A stretch of DNA of 58,803 nt. Source: Bacteroidales bacterium. GTDB lineage: Bacteria; Bacteroidota; Bacteroidia; Bacteroidales; UBA932. The stretch lies in contig JAEDLO010000001.1 of NCBI GenBank assembly GCA_016295245.1, forward strand, positions 1 to 58,803, read 5' to 3'. The notes under the pieces were generated by a model that did no database searches, was not told the DNA's origin, and saw nothing but the letters and a program-made list of their open reading frames with translations. Below are positions 10,206 through 19,274 of the stretch, piece after piece. Numbering within the stretch: the stretch's first letter is position 1; every line of letters begins with the position of its first letter. The position numbers and the translations under genes were made by a program.

Positions 10206-11564
10206 ATGTCACTAAACATCGTTTTGAAAAAAGGTCTGAACGTCCCTATCTCGGGACAGGCAGAGCTTCGTGTCTCAAAGACGATCAGCCCGGAAGTCGT
10301 TGCAGTCCAGCCGGATTGCTTCAAGGGCCTGCTTCCAAGACTCCTTGTCAAGGAAGGCGACCCTGTCCTCTGCGGCTCACCAGTCCTTGCTGACAAGAAG
10401 AACGCTGACATCCTCATCACCTCGCCGGTAAGCGGCAGCGTGAAGCAGATTGTCAGAGGCGAAAAGCGCAAACTGCTCGCCGTGCTGATCGAGCCCGACG
10501 GAAAGCAGGAATGTGTAGATTTCGGCAAGAAGGACGTCAATGCCCTTGATGCAACTTCAATCAAGGAGGCTCTCCTCCAGAGCGGTCTCTGGCCGGTTCT
10601 CGTACAGCGTCCTTACGGCATCATCGCCGACCCTCAGCTCAGCCCGCGCGACATCTTCGTGTCCGCATTCAACACCGCCCCTCTGGCAGCTGACAGCGCT
10701 TTCTGCCACGCAGAAGAGCTGGGCGCAATCAAGGTCGGCATCGCAGCCCTGAGCAAGCTCACCCCGGGCGCAGTGCACGTCAGCGTCAACAACCCTGACT
10801 CACCATTCGCCAATCTGCCGCTCGCTACCACCCACGTCTTCAAGGCAGACAAGCATCCTGCCGGCAATGTGGGAGTTCAGATCAGCAACATCAAGCCTAT
10901 CCTCAAGGAGCAGACCGTGTGGACCGTGTCCCTGGCAGGTCTGGCAGCCATCGGCAAACTCTTCCTCAGCGGCAAGCTTGACCTCAGCCGCAAGGTGGCA
11001 GTCGGCGGCCCTATGGCCATTGGCGCATCCTATGTCAGCACCGTTCCGGGCGCACCTATGAGCGCACTCAACGCCTTCATAGGCAACAGCGATAGCGACA
11101 ATATCCGCGTCATCAGCGGAGACGTCCTCAGCGGAAGGAATGTCGGCCTCGGCGGCTATCTCGGCTTCGCCGACGAGCAGATCACCATCCTGCTCGAGGG
11201 CTACGAGAAGGAACTTCTCGGCTGGTGCCGTCCATTCCGTCCGAAGCAGTACAGCCACGACCACAGCTACTTCTCTTGGCTTCTGCCTAAGAAGAAGTAC
11301 GATATGACCACCAACCTCCACGGCGGTCCGCGTGCTTTCCTGATGAATGACGACTATTATTCAAAGGTGCTTCCTATGGACATCTTCCCTGTCTTCCTGG
11401 CCAAGGCCTGCCTTGCCGGTGACATCGACAAGATGGAGAAGTTCGGCATCTATGAGGTTCTTCCGGAAGATCTCGCAACCTGCGAGTTCGTCGATCCGAG
11501 CAAGAACAATATCCAGGATATGATTGCAAAGGGCATAGACCTGATGCTTAAGGAAATGGCTTAA
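10206..11564 (+). CDS. nqrA: Na+-translocating NADH:quinone reductase subunit A
   Basis: KKGLNVPISG N-terminus, HPAGNVGVQI, EDLATCEFVDPSK; first gene of six-gene cluster. Confidence 0.96.
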   Translation: MSLNIVLKKGLNVPISGQAELRVSKTISPEVVAVQPDCFKGLLPRLLVKEGDPVLCGSPVLADKKNADILITSPVSGSVKQIVRGEKRKLLAVLIEPDGKQECVDFGKKDVNALDATSIKEALLQSGLWPVLVQRPYGIIADPQLSPRDIFVSAFNTAPLAADSAFCHAEELGAIKVGIAALSKLTPGAVHVSVNNPDSPFANLPLATTHVFKADKHPAGNVGVQISNIKPILKEQTVWTVSLAGLAAIGKLFLSGKLDLSRKVAVGGPMAIGASYVSTVPGAPMSALNAFIGNSDSDNIRVISGDVLSGRNVGLGGYLGFADEQITILLEGYEKELLGWCRPFRPKQYSHDHSYFSWLLPKKKYDMTTNLHGGPRAFLMNDDYYSKVLPMDIFPVFLAKACLAGDIDKMEKFGIYEVLPEDLATCEFVDPSKNNIQDMIAKGIDLMLKEMA

Positions 11565-11568
11565 AAGT

Positions 11569-12687
11569 ATGAACAAGATTTTCGAAAAAGGCGGCAAATT
11601 ATACTGGCTGCACTCAACAGTTGACGCTTTTGAGACCTTCCTCCACGTGCCGGGCACCGTTACACGCAAAGGTGCGCACGTGCGTGACGCAATCGATCTC
11701 AAGCGTATCCTCATCATCGTGATTCTCGCAGCCGTTCCGGCAGCCGTATTCGGTATGTGGAACATCGGCTACCAGCACGGTCTTGCAATGGGACAGACCG
11801 GTCTCCACATCCTGGAGTACTTCTGGTTCGGTCTCCTCAAGACCCTTCCTCTCTTCATTGTATCTTATGCTGTCGGTCTGGGCATCGAGTTCGCCGCCAG
11901 CCAGATTCGTGGCGAAGAAGTTTCTGAGGGCTACCTCGTTTCCGGCTTCTTCATTCCTCTCATCGTTCCGGTTGACATCCCTCTCTGGATGCTTGCTGTA
12001 GCAGTCGCTTTCGCAGTGCTTGTAGGCAAGGAATTCTTCGGAGGCACCGGTATGAATATTTGGAACCCGGCCCTTCTGACCCGTGCTTTCCTCTTCTTCT
12101 CATATCCTAGCTATATGTCAGGTTCTGACTGCTGGATTGCCTTCAAGAAGGGTGAAACCCCTGTGGCTGATGCATTTACCGGCGCTACTCCTCTCGCACT
12201 CGAGGGTGGCAGTGCCCAGTACGGCACCGGCTTCTGGGATCTGTTCATCGGAACCGTTCCGGGATCGGTGGGTGAGACTTCCGTTATAGCCATCCTTCTC
12301 GGCGCCATCATCCTCATCTGGACCGGTGTGGCAAGCTGGAAGGTGATGGCAGGCTGCGTTGGCGGCGCCCTTCTCGTAGGCGGCCTCGCCGACCTGGCAG
12401 GCGTCAGCACTATGCCTTGCTATATGCAGCTGCTCTGCGGAGGCTTCGCCTTCGGTACAGTCTTTATGGCCACCGACCCTGTCACCTCAGCCCAGACAAG
12501 CTGCGGCAAGTGGATTTACGGTCTTTTGATCGGTATCCTCTGTATGACAGTCCGCCTGTTCAACCCGGGCTACGCCGAGGGTATGATGCTCGCAATCCTG
12601 CTGGGCAACACCTTCGCGCCGCTCATCGACCACTGCGTGACCAGCATCGCCGTTTCCCGCAGGAACAAGAAATACAAAGCAGCATAA
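11569..12687 (+). CDS. nqrB: Na+-NQR subunit B
   Basis: HVRDAIDLKR, KEFFGGTGMNIWNPAL, TGATPL FMN-attachment motif, MATDPV. Confidence 0.96.
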   Translation: MNKIFEKGGKLYWLHSTVDAFETFLHVPGTVTRKGAHVRDAIDLKRILIIVILAAVPAAVFGMWNIGYQHGLAMGQTGLHILEYFWFGLLKTLPLFIVSYAVGLGIEFAASQIRGEEVSEGYLVSGFFIPLIVPVDIPLWMLAVAVAFAVLVGKEFFGGTGMNIWNPALLTRAFLFFSYPSYMSGSDCWIAFKKGETPVADAFTGATPLALEGGSAQYGTGFWDLFIGTVPGSVGETSVIAILLGAIILIWTGVASWKVMAGCVGGALLVGGLADLAGVSTMPCYMQLLCGGFAFGTVFMATDPVTSAQTSCGKWIYGLLIGILCMTVRLFNPGYAEGMMLAILLGNTFAPLIDHCVTSIAVSRRNKKYKAA

Positions 12688-12690
12688 GCC

Positions 12691-13443
12691 ATGAACACAA
12701 ACGGAAACATCTATACCATAGTTTACTCAACCATCATCGTATGTGTGGTTGCAGCTATCCTGGCTTTCGCAGCTTCTTCACTGAAGCCGCTGCAGCAGGC
12801 AAATGAAAAGGCCGAGACCATCAGCCAGATTCTTTCCGCCGCAAAGCTTGACGTTCCTTCAGGCAATGATGCCATCATCAACAGCTACAAGGAGCAGATT
12901 GCCGAAGCCTACACCGTAAGCCTCGATGGCGAGAAGAACGGCGAACTGAGCACCGCTGACGCAAGCGTCTGCACAACCTCAGGCCTCAAGGCCCAGAACT
13001 ACAAGATTGCTGAAGGACAGGGCGCTGCCCTTCCGGTATATGTCTTCAAGAACGGAGTAAGGGTAGTGCCTATCTACGGCGCAGGCCTTTGGGGTCCGGT
13101 CTGGGGCTATGTCGCAGTCAATCCTGACGGCACCATCTGCGGCGCCACCTTCGATCACGCGAGCGAAACTCCGGGTCTTGGCGGCAAGATCAAGGATGAG
13201 CCTTCATTCCGTGCACAGCTCGAGGGCAAGATCTTCGACTTCTCTGACGTCAAGCCTATTCAGATCGTGAAGGGCGGCGCACCGGAAGGCAAGGCCAATG
13301 CCATCGACGCCATCTCCGGAGCCACAATGACCTCCCAGGGTCTGGAAGACGCCATCAACGTCTGGATCAAGGCTTACAAGCCTGTATTCGACGCTGCTCC
13401 GGCCTGCGGCGAATGCACAGAAAGTGAATCAAGTGAAAACTAA
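12691..13443 (+). CDS. nqrC: Na+-NQR subunit C
   Basis: N-terminal TM helix, GLWGPVWG, ETPGLG, DAISGATMT FMN motif. Confidence 0.95.
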   Translation: MNTNGNIYTIVYSTIIVCVVAAILAFAASSLKPLQQANEKAETISQILSAAKLDVPSGNDAIINSYKEQIAEAYTVSLDGEKNGELSTADASVCTTSGLKAQNYKIAEGQGAALPVYVFKNGVRVVPIYGAGLWGPVWGYVAVNPDGTICGATFDHASETPGLGGKIKDEPSFRAQLEGKIFDFSDVKPIQIVKGGAPEGKANAIDAISGATMTSQGLEDAINVWIKAYKPVFDAAPACGECTESESSEN

Positions 13444-13457
13444 GAGGAGGACAAGTT

Positions 13458-14063
13458 ATGGCAAATTTGAAAGAAACAATTCTCAATCCAATACTCAAGG
13501 GAAACCCGATCACGGTGCTCGTCCTCGGTATCTGTTCTTCGCTCGCCGTTACGGTGGAGCTCAAGGGTGCCTGCGTAATGGCCCTGTCGGTGATTGCCGT
13601 CACCGGCCTTTCAAGCCTTGTGGTTTCGCTCTTGCGCAACACCATACCTAACCGCGTGCGCATCATCATCCAGCTCGTAGTAGTCGCTATGATGGTTATC
13701 CTCGTGGACCAGGTTCTCAAGGCCTTCGCATACAGCATCGACAAGCAGCTTTCGGTTTACATCGGCCTCATCATCACAAACTGTATCGTGATGGGCCGCA
13801 TCGAGGCTTTCGCCCTCGGTAACAAGCCGATTCCTTCGCTTCTTGACGGTCTGGCAAACGGTGTAGGCTACGGCATCATCCTCATCATCGTGGCTTTCTT
13901 CCGCGAGCTCTTCGGTTCAGGAACCCTCTTCGGCTTCCCTGTACTCAAGGCCATCGGTTACACCAACAACGGTCTTATGATTCTTCCTCCAATGGCCCTC
14001 ATCATCCTCGGATGTATAGTTTGGGCACAGAGAAGCATCCAGAAGGACCTTCAGGAGAAATAA
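13458..14063 (+). CDS. nqrD: Na+-NQR subunit D
   Basis: LGICSSLAVT, GLIITNCIVMGR. Confidence 0.96.
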   Translation: MANLKETILNPILKGNPITVLVLGICSSLAVTVELKGACVMALSVIAVTGLSSLVVSLLRNTIPNRVRIIIQLVVVAMMVILVDQVLKAFAYSIDKQLSVYIGLIITNCIVMGRIEAFALGNKPIPSLLDGLANGVGYGIILIIVAFFRELFGSGTLFGFPVLKAIGYTNNGLMILPPMALIILGCIVWAQRSIQKDLQEK

Positions 14064-14086
14064 ACAACTAACTCAGACTAAAGAAA

Positions 14087-14692
14087 ATGGAATACGTAAG
14101 CTTATTCATAAAGTCAATCTTCGTTGACAATATGATCTTCGCATACTTCCTCGGTATGTGCTCATACCTGGCTGTATCGAAGAATGTCAAGACTGCAAAC
14201 GGTCTGGGTCTGGCTGTCATCTTCGTGCTGGTCTGCACCCTTCCGCTCAACTATCTGCTCAACAAGTTCATCCTCACCCCGGGCGAGAACTGCATCTTCG
14301 GCCCGGATGTTGACCTGAGCTTCCTGAGCTTCATCCTCTTCATCGCAGTGATTGCGGCCTTCACCCAGCTGGTTGAAATGATTGTGGAGAAGTTCCTGCC
14401 GACCCTCTATTCATCGCTCGGTATCTTCCTCCCGCTCATCGCCGTGAACTGTGCGATTCTCGGAGGTTCGCTCTTTATGCAGCAGAGGGATTTCGGCGGA
14501 GTCGGTGAGAGCGTGGTTTACGCCCTCGGTTCAGGCCTCGGCTGGTATCTTGCCATCGTCGGCCTTGCAGCCATCCGCGAGAAACTCTCTTACAGCAACA
14601 TCCCGGCAGGCCTCAAGGGCACCGGCATCACTTTCATCACCGTAGGTCTGATGGGTATAGCCTTCATGGCCTTTATGGGAATTTCATTATAG
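14087..14692 (+). CDS. nqrE: Na+-NQR subunit E
   Basis: [23 protein letters not shown]. Confidence 0.96.
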   Translation: MEYVSLFIKSIFVDNMIFAYFLGMCSYLAVSKNVKTANGLGLAVIFVLVCTLPLNYLLNKFILTPGENCIFGPDVDLSFLSFILFIAVIAAFTQLVEMIVEKFLPTLYSSLGIFLPLIAVNCAILGGSLFMQQRDFGGVGESVVYALGSGLGWYLAIVGLAAIREKLSYSNIPAGLKGTGITFITVGLMGIAFMAFMGISL

Positions 14693-14706
14693 GAGGGTAG
14701 CCAAAA

Positions 14707-15978
14707 ATGAATACAGTATTAGCATCAATAATTGTCATCACTGCCGTAACCCTCATCCTGGTGGCTCTCCTGCTCTTCGTCAAGGACAGGATTACCCCGA
14801 AGGGCACAGTCAAGATTGACATCAACGACGGCAAGAAGGTTCTCGACGTAACCCCTGGCGGAAACCTTATGGGAACCCTCGCCGAAAACAAGATTTTCCT
14901 CCCGTCAGCCTGTGGCGGCAAGGCCAACTGCGGCCAGTGCAAGATTCAGGTAGTCGACGGCGGCGGCGAAATCCTCCCTACCGAGGTCGGCTTCTTCAAC
15001 CGCAAGCAGATCAAGGACGGCTGGAGGCTCGGCTGCCAGGTAAAGGTAAAGGACAACCTCAAGGTCCAGATGGACGAAAGCGCCCTTAGCATCAAGAAGC
15101 TTGAGTGTGAGGTCATTTCCAACGACAACGTTGCGACCTTCATCAAGGAATTCACCGTCAAGCTTCCTGAAGGCGAGAACATCGAGTTCAAGAGCGGTCA
15201 GTACATCCAGATCGACATCCCAAAATACGAGCTCGACTTCAAGGACATTGACGTTGCAGACGAGTACAAGGGCGACTGGGAGAAATTCGGTTTCTTCAAC
15301 CTTCACTCTTCCAACCCTGTCGATACCATCAGGGCATACTCTATGGCCTCTTACCCTGGCGAAAAGGGCATCATCAAGCTCAACGTGCGTATCGCCACTC
15401 CTCCATTTGACAGGAGCGTTCCACGCGAGCAGGGCCCTAAGCTTCTGCCTGTAAATCCTGGTATCGCATCATCATACGTCTTCACCCGCAAGCCGGGCGA
15501 CAAGGTTATGATCAGCGGTCCTTACGGAGACTTCCTCCTCCCGAAGAACGATCCGGACAGCCAGGAATACATCTTCGTCGGCGGTGGTGCCGGTATGGCT
15601 CCTCTCCGCTCACACATCATGCAGCTCTTCAAGACCCTGAAGACCGGCAAGCAGGTACACTTCTTCTATGGAGCACGTGCCCTCGTCGAGGCCTTCTACC
15701 TTGAGGACTTCGCAGAAATCGAGGCAGAGTTCCCTAACTTCCACTTCCACCTCGCACTCGACCGTCCGGATCCGGCAGCCGATGCCGCAGGCGTGAAGTA
15801 CGTGGCAGGTTTCGTCCACAACGTAATGTACGAAACCTACCTCAAGGACCACGATGCACCTGAAGACATCAAGTACTTCATGTGCGGTCCTCCTATGATG
15901 ACCAAGTGCGTTCTCGACCTGCTCGACAACCTCGGAGTTGCCCCTGAGAACATTCTCTTCGACAACTTCGGCGGCTAG
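14707..15978 (+). CDS. nqrF: Na+-NQR subunit F
   Basis: 2Fe-2S CGGKANCGQC...C, RAYSMAS, GGGAGMAP, MCGPP, terminal DNFGG. Confidence 0.97.
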   Translation: MNTVLASIIVITAVTLILVALLLFVKDRITPKGTVKIDINDGKKVLDVTPGGNLMGTLAENKIFLPSACGGKANCGQCKIQVVDGGGEILPTEVGFFNRKQIKDGWRLGCQVKVKDNLKVQMDESALSIKKLECEVISNDNVATFIKEFTVKLPEGENIEFKSGQYIQIDIPKYELDFKDIDVADEYKGDWEKFGFFNLHSSNPVDTIRAYSMASYPGEKGIIKLNVRIATPPFDRSVPREQGPKLLPVNPGIASSYVFTRKPGDKVMISGPYGDFLLPKNDPDSQEYIFVGGGAGMAPLRSHIMQLFKTLKTGKQVHFFYGARALVEAFYLEDFAEIEAEFPNFHFHLALDRPDPAADAAGVKYVAGFVHNVMYETYLKDHDAPEDIKYFMCGPPMMTKCVLDLLDNLGVAPENILFDNFGG

Positions 15979-16002
15979 TCCCAAGGTCCGCAGATATCTG
16001 AT

Positions 16003-16040
16003 AACGAGAGGGTGGCTTCGGCTATCCTCTCGTTTATTTT
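16003..16040 (+). terminator. Intrinsic terminator of the nqr operon
   Basis: 14-bp stem AACGAGAGGGTGGC/GCTATCCTCTCGTT (2 G-U pairs), C(UUCG)G loop, T-rich tail, about 25 nt after the nqrF stop. Confidence 0.85.
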
Positions 16041-16130
16041 CAGGGTAGCAAGCTGTGGACTGGGTTTCGCCTTAATTGGTTTTAGGGGAGAAAGCGGTGG
16101 ACTCGGCGGAGTATCGGGGTTTGCTGTCAA

Positions 16131-16389
16131 TCACCTGCGCACCGAGAATGCCTCAGAGGTGCTTCTGAGCAAGGTCGCCCGAGCAGGTGAATGACAAAAC
16201 TCTCTCGAAGATCCGCCAGAGACCGTTCTGAGGCAGGTGCCTTTGCTTCGTGTCAATCACCTGCGCACCCAATGTGCCTCACAAGTACTTCTCGGCAGGG
16301 TCAAGTGCGCAGGTGAGGGCTTAATGGTCTCACCTGCGCACCCAATATGCCTCAGAGGCACTTCTGGAGGGGGTTACCCGCGCAGGTGA
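16131..16389. repeat. Three 60-bp dyad-symmetric (REP/BIME-like) repeat units
   Basis: Units 16131-16190, 16257-16316 and 16330-16389, each TCACCTGCGCACC..TGCCTCA..CTTCT..GCAGGTGA; perfect 19-bp inverted repeat 16248-16266/16380-16398. Confidence 0.85.
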
Positions 16390-16491
16390 TTGACACGAGG
16401 TGAGAGTGAGAGGATGAAGAGTGGATTTGGAAGACTGGAAGGGAGATTTGATAGTAGGTGGAAGGAGGCTGGAGAGATATTGAGAGTTGAA

Positions 16492-16583
16492 TGGTGACGC
16501 CGCCTCGAATTACGCGGCTCGGCGGCTACAACTCGCCGCTGCGGGGAGCTCGCCAAAGGCTCTCCTCGCGGCGGTTGTCACCA
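16492..16583 (+). other. GC-rich three-way-junction structured element
   Basis: TGGTGAC/GTCACCA closing stem, GCCGCC/GGCGGC arm and CCGCTGCGGGGAG/CTCCTCGCGGCGG arm. Confidence 0.55.
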
Positions 16584-16750
16584 CGGAGCACATAAGGCTT
16601 TTGTAAAAGATGGTAATGCTTGTGTTTCGTGGATGGCCGGCAGAGTCTGATTCTTTTCTGGTGCCGGGACACGGGCGGCTCCGATTGAAAACAGAGTAAC
16701 TGCAGACAGAGGATGGCAGATGATAATGTTGCAAGGGGACGTGAATCGAT

Positions 16751-16923
16751 GGAGGGAAAAGGAGGTAAGGTAGGAGGATGGATGGAAAGGAGGGAAGGAG
16801 ACAAAGGAGGAAAGAGAAAGAAGGAGGAAAGAGGAAGAAGGAGGCGGATGGAAGAAAAGAACAATGAGGCAAGGGAGGATGAATGGAAAGAAAGAAAGAA
16901 AGGAAGGGAGAAAAGAGAGAAGA
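16751..16923 (+). repeat. Low-complexity polypurine (A/G) tract
   Basis: About 170 nt almost entirely A/G on the + strand, including GAAA/GGA microrepeats. Confidence 0.9.
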
Positions 16924-16932
16924 TCCTAAGAA

Positions 16933-17053
16933 GTCGAGGCCGCGTCGGGTTGTGGTGCTGGGCTTCGGCGGCGTTGGCTCCCGAAAAGGGAGGGCACCAC
17001 GAAGTGGGAGGACCGCCGGGGCCGGCACCACAACTCGACAAATGCGCCTCGAC
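16933..17053 (+). other. Long multibranch hairpin element (structured RNA or ssDNA)
   Basis: GTCGAGGC/GCCTCGAC, 18-bp stem 16944-16961/17022-17039, apical hairpins CTCCC-GAAAA-GGGAG and CCAC-GAA-GTGG; stem mismatches are G-T on the + strand. Confidence 0.7.
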
Positions 17054-17299
17054 GCTAGCCATCATCCGCCGCGTGAAAGGCAAGGCAAAAGGGCAATGAT
17101 GCCAAGTTGGCGCCAACTGATTCAGTCAAGGCTGACCTGGAAGACTAGGCAGCAACCCAAGAACGCCTGATCGAAAGCCGAGGTTGAGTGCTACGAACGA
17201 AAGCCGGGCTTGAAGGACTTGACAGGATATGTAGGCGGGAAACTTGGGTATTTAAGAAATCGCGGATAATCTCTGCTGATGTAAGTTAGCTTTGCGGCT

Positions 17300-18250
17300 A
17301 TGAAACACATCGGCAGTCAGGACAATAACGCTACCCGAAGGTGGCAGTTTCCAAGGCCCGGAACTCTTCTGGTCCGCTTGCCATCGCTTTCTCTTTGCTT
17401 GCTTGTTACCAGCGTGCTTGTCCTGACTTCGATGTGCACTAAAGTCTCCCCTGCCCCGAAAAGCGAAGACTCCGAAAGCAAAGAACCCGAAATCGAAAAA
17501 TCGGACACTCTGAACTATACAATTATAGTCAAAGCCCCCTGCGAAATGAAAAAACTGGACATCCTCGCTTTCGCGACATCGGGAACCAACGACCTCGAGG
17601 GCCATAAAACGCTAGTTTCAGGTAAACATGACACGGTCAGGTTCAAAAGCACCAAAGGTGAATTGGATTTCTGTCTGGTTGCCAACAGCCCATTCAACAT
17701 CAAGACCGGAGCGATAAAGCGCCGCGAAAACCTCGAGAATCTGGAATATGATTTCCTTGACGACTCCGAAGAATGCCCAATACTGAGCGGAGAAGTTAAA
17801 ATGAAGCCTGGAAAAGCAGAGCTGCAGCTGAAACCTCTGATGTGCAGAATCAGCCTTGAAAATGTCACAAGCACACTCTCCAACTATGAACTTGTCGAGG
17901 AGCCACGGGTAAGGCTGACAGACATTCCGGTTACGGCCAAACCTTTCGGCAGCGAGGGCTTTGTACAGCAGGAAAGCCGCGAATATGGTGAATGGAAGAA
18001 CTTGCCATACGACATTGGACTCTTCACGCAACACCCGGGGACCAGCCTTGCTTTCTATCCGAATGAAACACCTGAAGACAGTTTCGGCTCAACGAGAATA
18101 GGACTGGAGTTTGAATACGGTGTAAGAGGAAAAAGATATACAGCAAAGGCCATCCTTCCTCCTACCGGAAGAGCGGACAGCCTCCTGGTCGATGTTCTGG
18201 TCGAAGGTGCGGATACCGCTTCCCTTTCTATTTACCGACGAAAGCCCTGA
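17300..18250 (+). CDS. Hypothetical exported protein or lipoprotein, possibly fimbrillin-like
   Basis: 316-aa ORF; hydrophobic stretch ending in Cys46; beta-rich body with LVANSP segment; -7 element 5 nt upstream. The fimbrillin resemblance is an impression only. Confidence 0.6.
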   Translation: MKHIGSQDNNATRRWQFPRPGTLLVRLPSLSLCLLVTSVLVLTSMCTKVSPAPKSEDSESKEPEIEKSDTLNYTIIVKAPCEMKKLDILAFATSGTNDLEGHKTLVSGKHDTVRFKSTKGELDFCLVANSPFNIKTGAIKRRENLENLEYDFLDDSEECPILSGEVKMKPGKAELQLKPLMCRISLENVTSTLSNYELVEEPRVRLTDIPVTAKPFGSEGFVQQESREYGEWKNLPYDIGLFTQHPGTSLAFYPNETPEDSFGSTRIGLEFEYGVRGKRYTAKAILPPTGRADSLLVDVLVEGADTASLSIYRRKP

Positions 18251-19253
18251 TCATCTTCGCTGTCTTGAGCGCTGACGGCTCCCTTGTTGTTGCGGCATCA
18301 TCCAGTAGTCCCTCTGAAATCAGGGACGAAAGTATCTCTCGGCACAGAGCTGTCTTTTCCGAATCAGGACGTAATTTAATCAAATGGCGGGCAATCTGGC
18401 TGTTAAGCACAGGCCACTTGAACTGGGCGCTCCAGCACTCCATCTGGTGCGAATCTGCCTTCGCTCTGTACAGCTGATATGTCCTCTCCAGACCGCAAAT
18501 CCAACTGTACACCTTCTTCGCACGTGATGAGCCGTTGTCGATAGAGTGCAGATTGAAGTAGTAGAAATACAGCTTGGCATCCGTGTAGGCAGTGGTCGGA
18601 TTCTTGAGCAGGAGCTCAGACCACCAGGGGAAATCTTCAAAGGCGAGTCCCTTGACAAATGATATTCCCTCCAGCAGTTGTCTGTGAATAAGGTGCCTCC
18701 ATACGTAATTGTGCTTCAAAGGATTGGCTATACCGTGCGGATGAGAGTACTCACTGGCAACGGAGATGACATCCTTAGTAAAGTGGTATTGCACCTTGGA
18801 AGGATCATAAATCTTCTTGAAAGACGATGGCCTGTAATTCAGGTCCTCGAGATGAAAGAAGTGACGAAGAATAAGCTTGGTCCTGTAAAGAGAATCTTTA
18901 TACCAGGAAACAAGCTCAGCTCCGCTGCGTTTCTGGATATCGAGGGCTATCTCCAAGGTCTGAGGATGGATGAAATCATCCGAATCCACGAATACCACCC
19001 ACTCGCCACGACAATGCTCCAGACCAGCATTGCGGGCATCCGAAAGGCCGCCGTTCTCCTTGTCGATTATTACAAAACGCGAATCTTTCCCTGCATACTC
19101 CCTCAGAATATCAAGGCAGGAGTCTGGGCTTCCGTCATTGACGCATACGGCTTCCCAATCCGTAAAAGTCTGGGCAAGCACGGTATCCAGACACCTTCTC
19201 AGGTACCTTTCCACTTTATATACAGGAATAACGAATGATACTACAGGACTCAT
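18228..19253 (-). CDS. Glycosyltransferase family 2
   Basis: IPVYKVERYLRRCLD, NDGSPD, NGGLSDARNAG, FVDSDD, FED motifs. Confidence 0.92.
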   Translation of the reverse strand: MSPVVSFVIPVYKVERYLRRCLDTVLAQTFTDWEAVCVNDGSPDSCLDILREYAGKDSRFVIIDKENGGLSDARNAGLEHCRGEWVVFVDSDDFIHPQTLEIALDIQKRSGAELVSWYKDSLYRTKLILRHFFHLEDLNYRPSSFKKIYDPSKVQYHFTKDVISVASEYSHPHGIANPLKHNYVWRHLIHRQLLEGISFVKGLAFEDFPWWSELLLKNPTTAYTDAKLYFYYFNLHSIDNGSSRAKKVYSWICGLERTYQLYRAKADSHQMECWSAQFKWPVLNSQIARHLIKLRPDSEKTALCREILSSLISEGLLDDAATTREPSALKTAKMIRAFVGK

Positions 19254-19274
19254 AATTAACTTGCTAACAATAGT

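Noticed and set aside
16131..16389. CRISPR array interpretation of the 60-bp repeats
   Set aside because: Only three degenerate units, gaps of 66 and 13 bp, no unique equal-length spacers and no cas genes in the window.
16248..16398. Invertible promoter between the 19-bp inverted repeats
   Set aside because: No TAnnTTTG inside, no adjacent recombinase, and the IRs are explained by the palindromic repeat ends; not excluded without reads.
16510..17170. ORFs 16510-17031(-), 16526-17116(-), 16713-17099(+), 16883-17170(+)
   Set aside because: Open because the purine tract and GC hairpins lack stop codons; low-complexity translations and no start context.
17080..17230. Possible SRP RNA, RNase P or group II intron domain V
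   Set aside because: GAAA-containing words are present, but the diagnostic conserved motifs and stems are not.
18228..18250. Convergent 3' overlaps (also 41441-41460 and 55429-55439)
   Set aside because: Short tail-to-tail overlaps are common in compact genomes.
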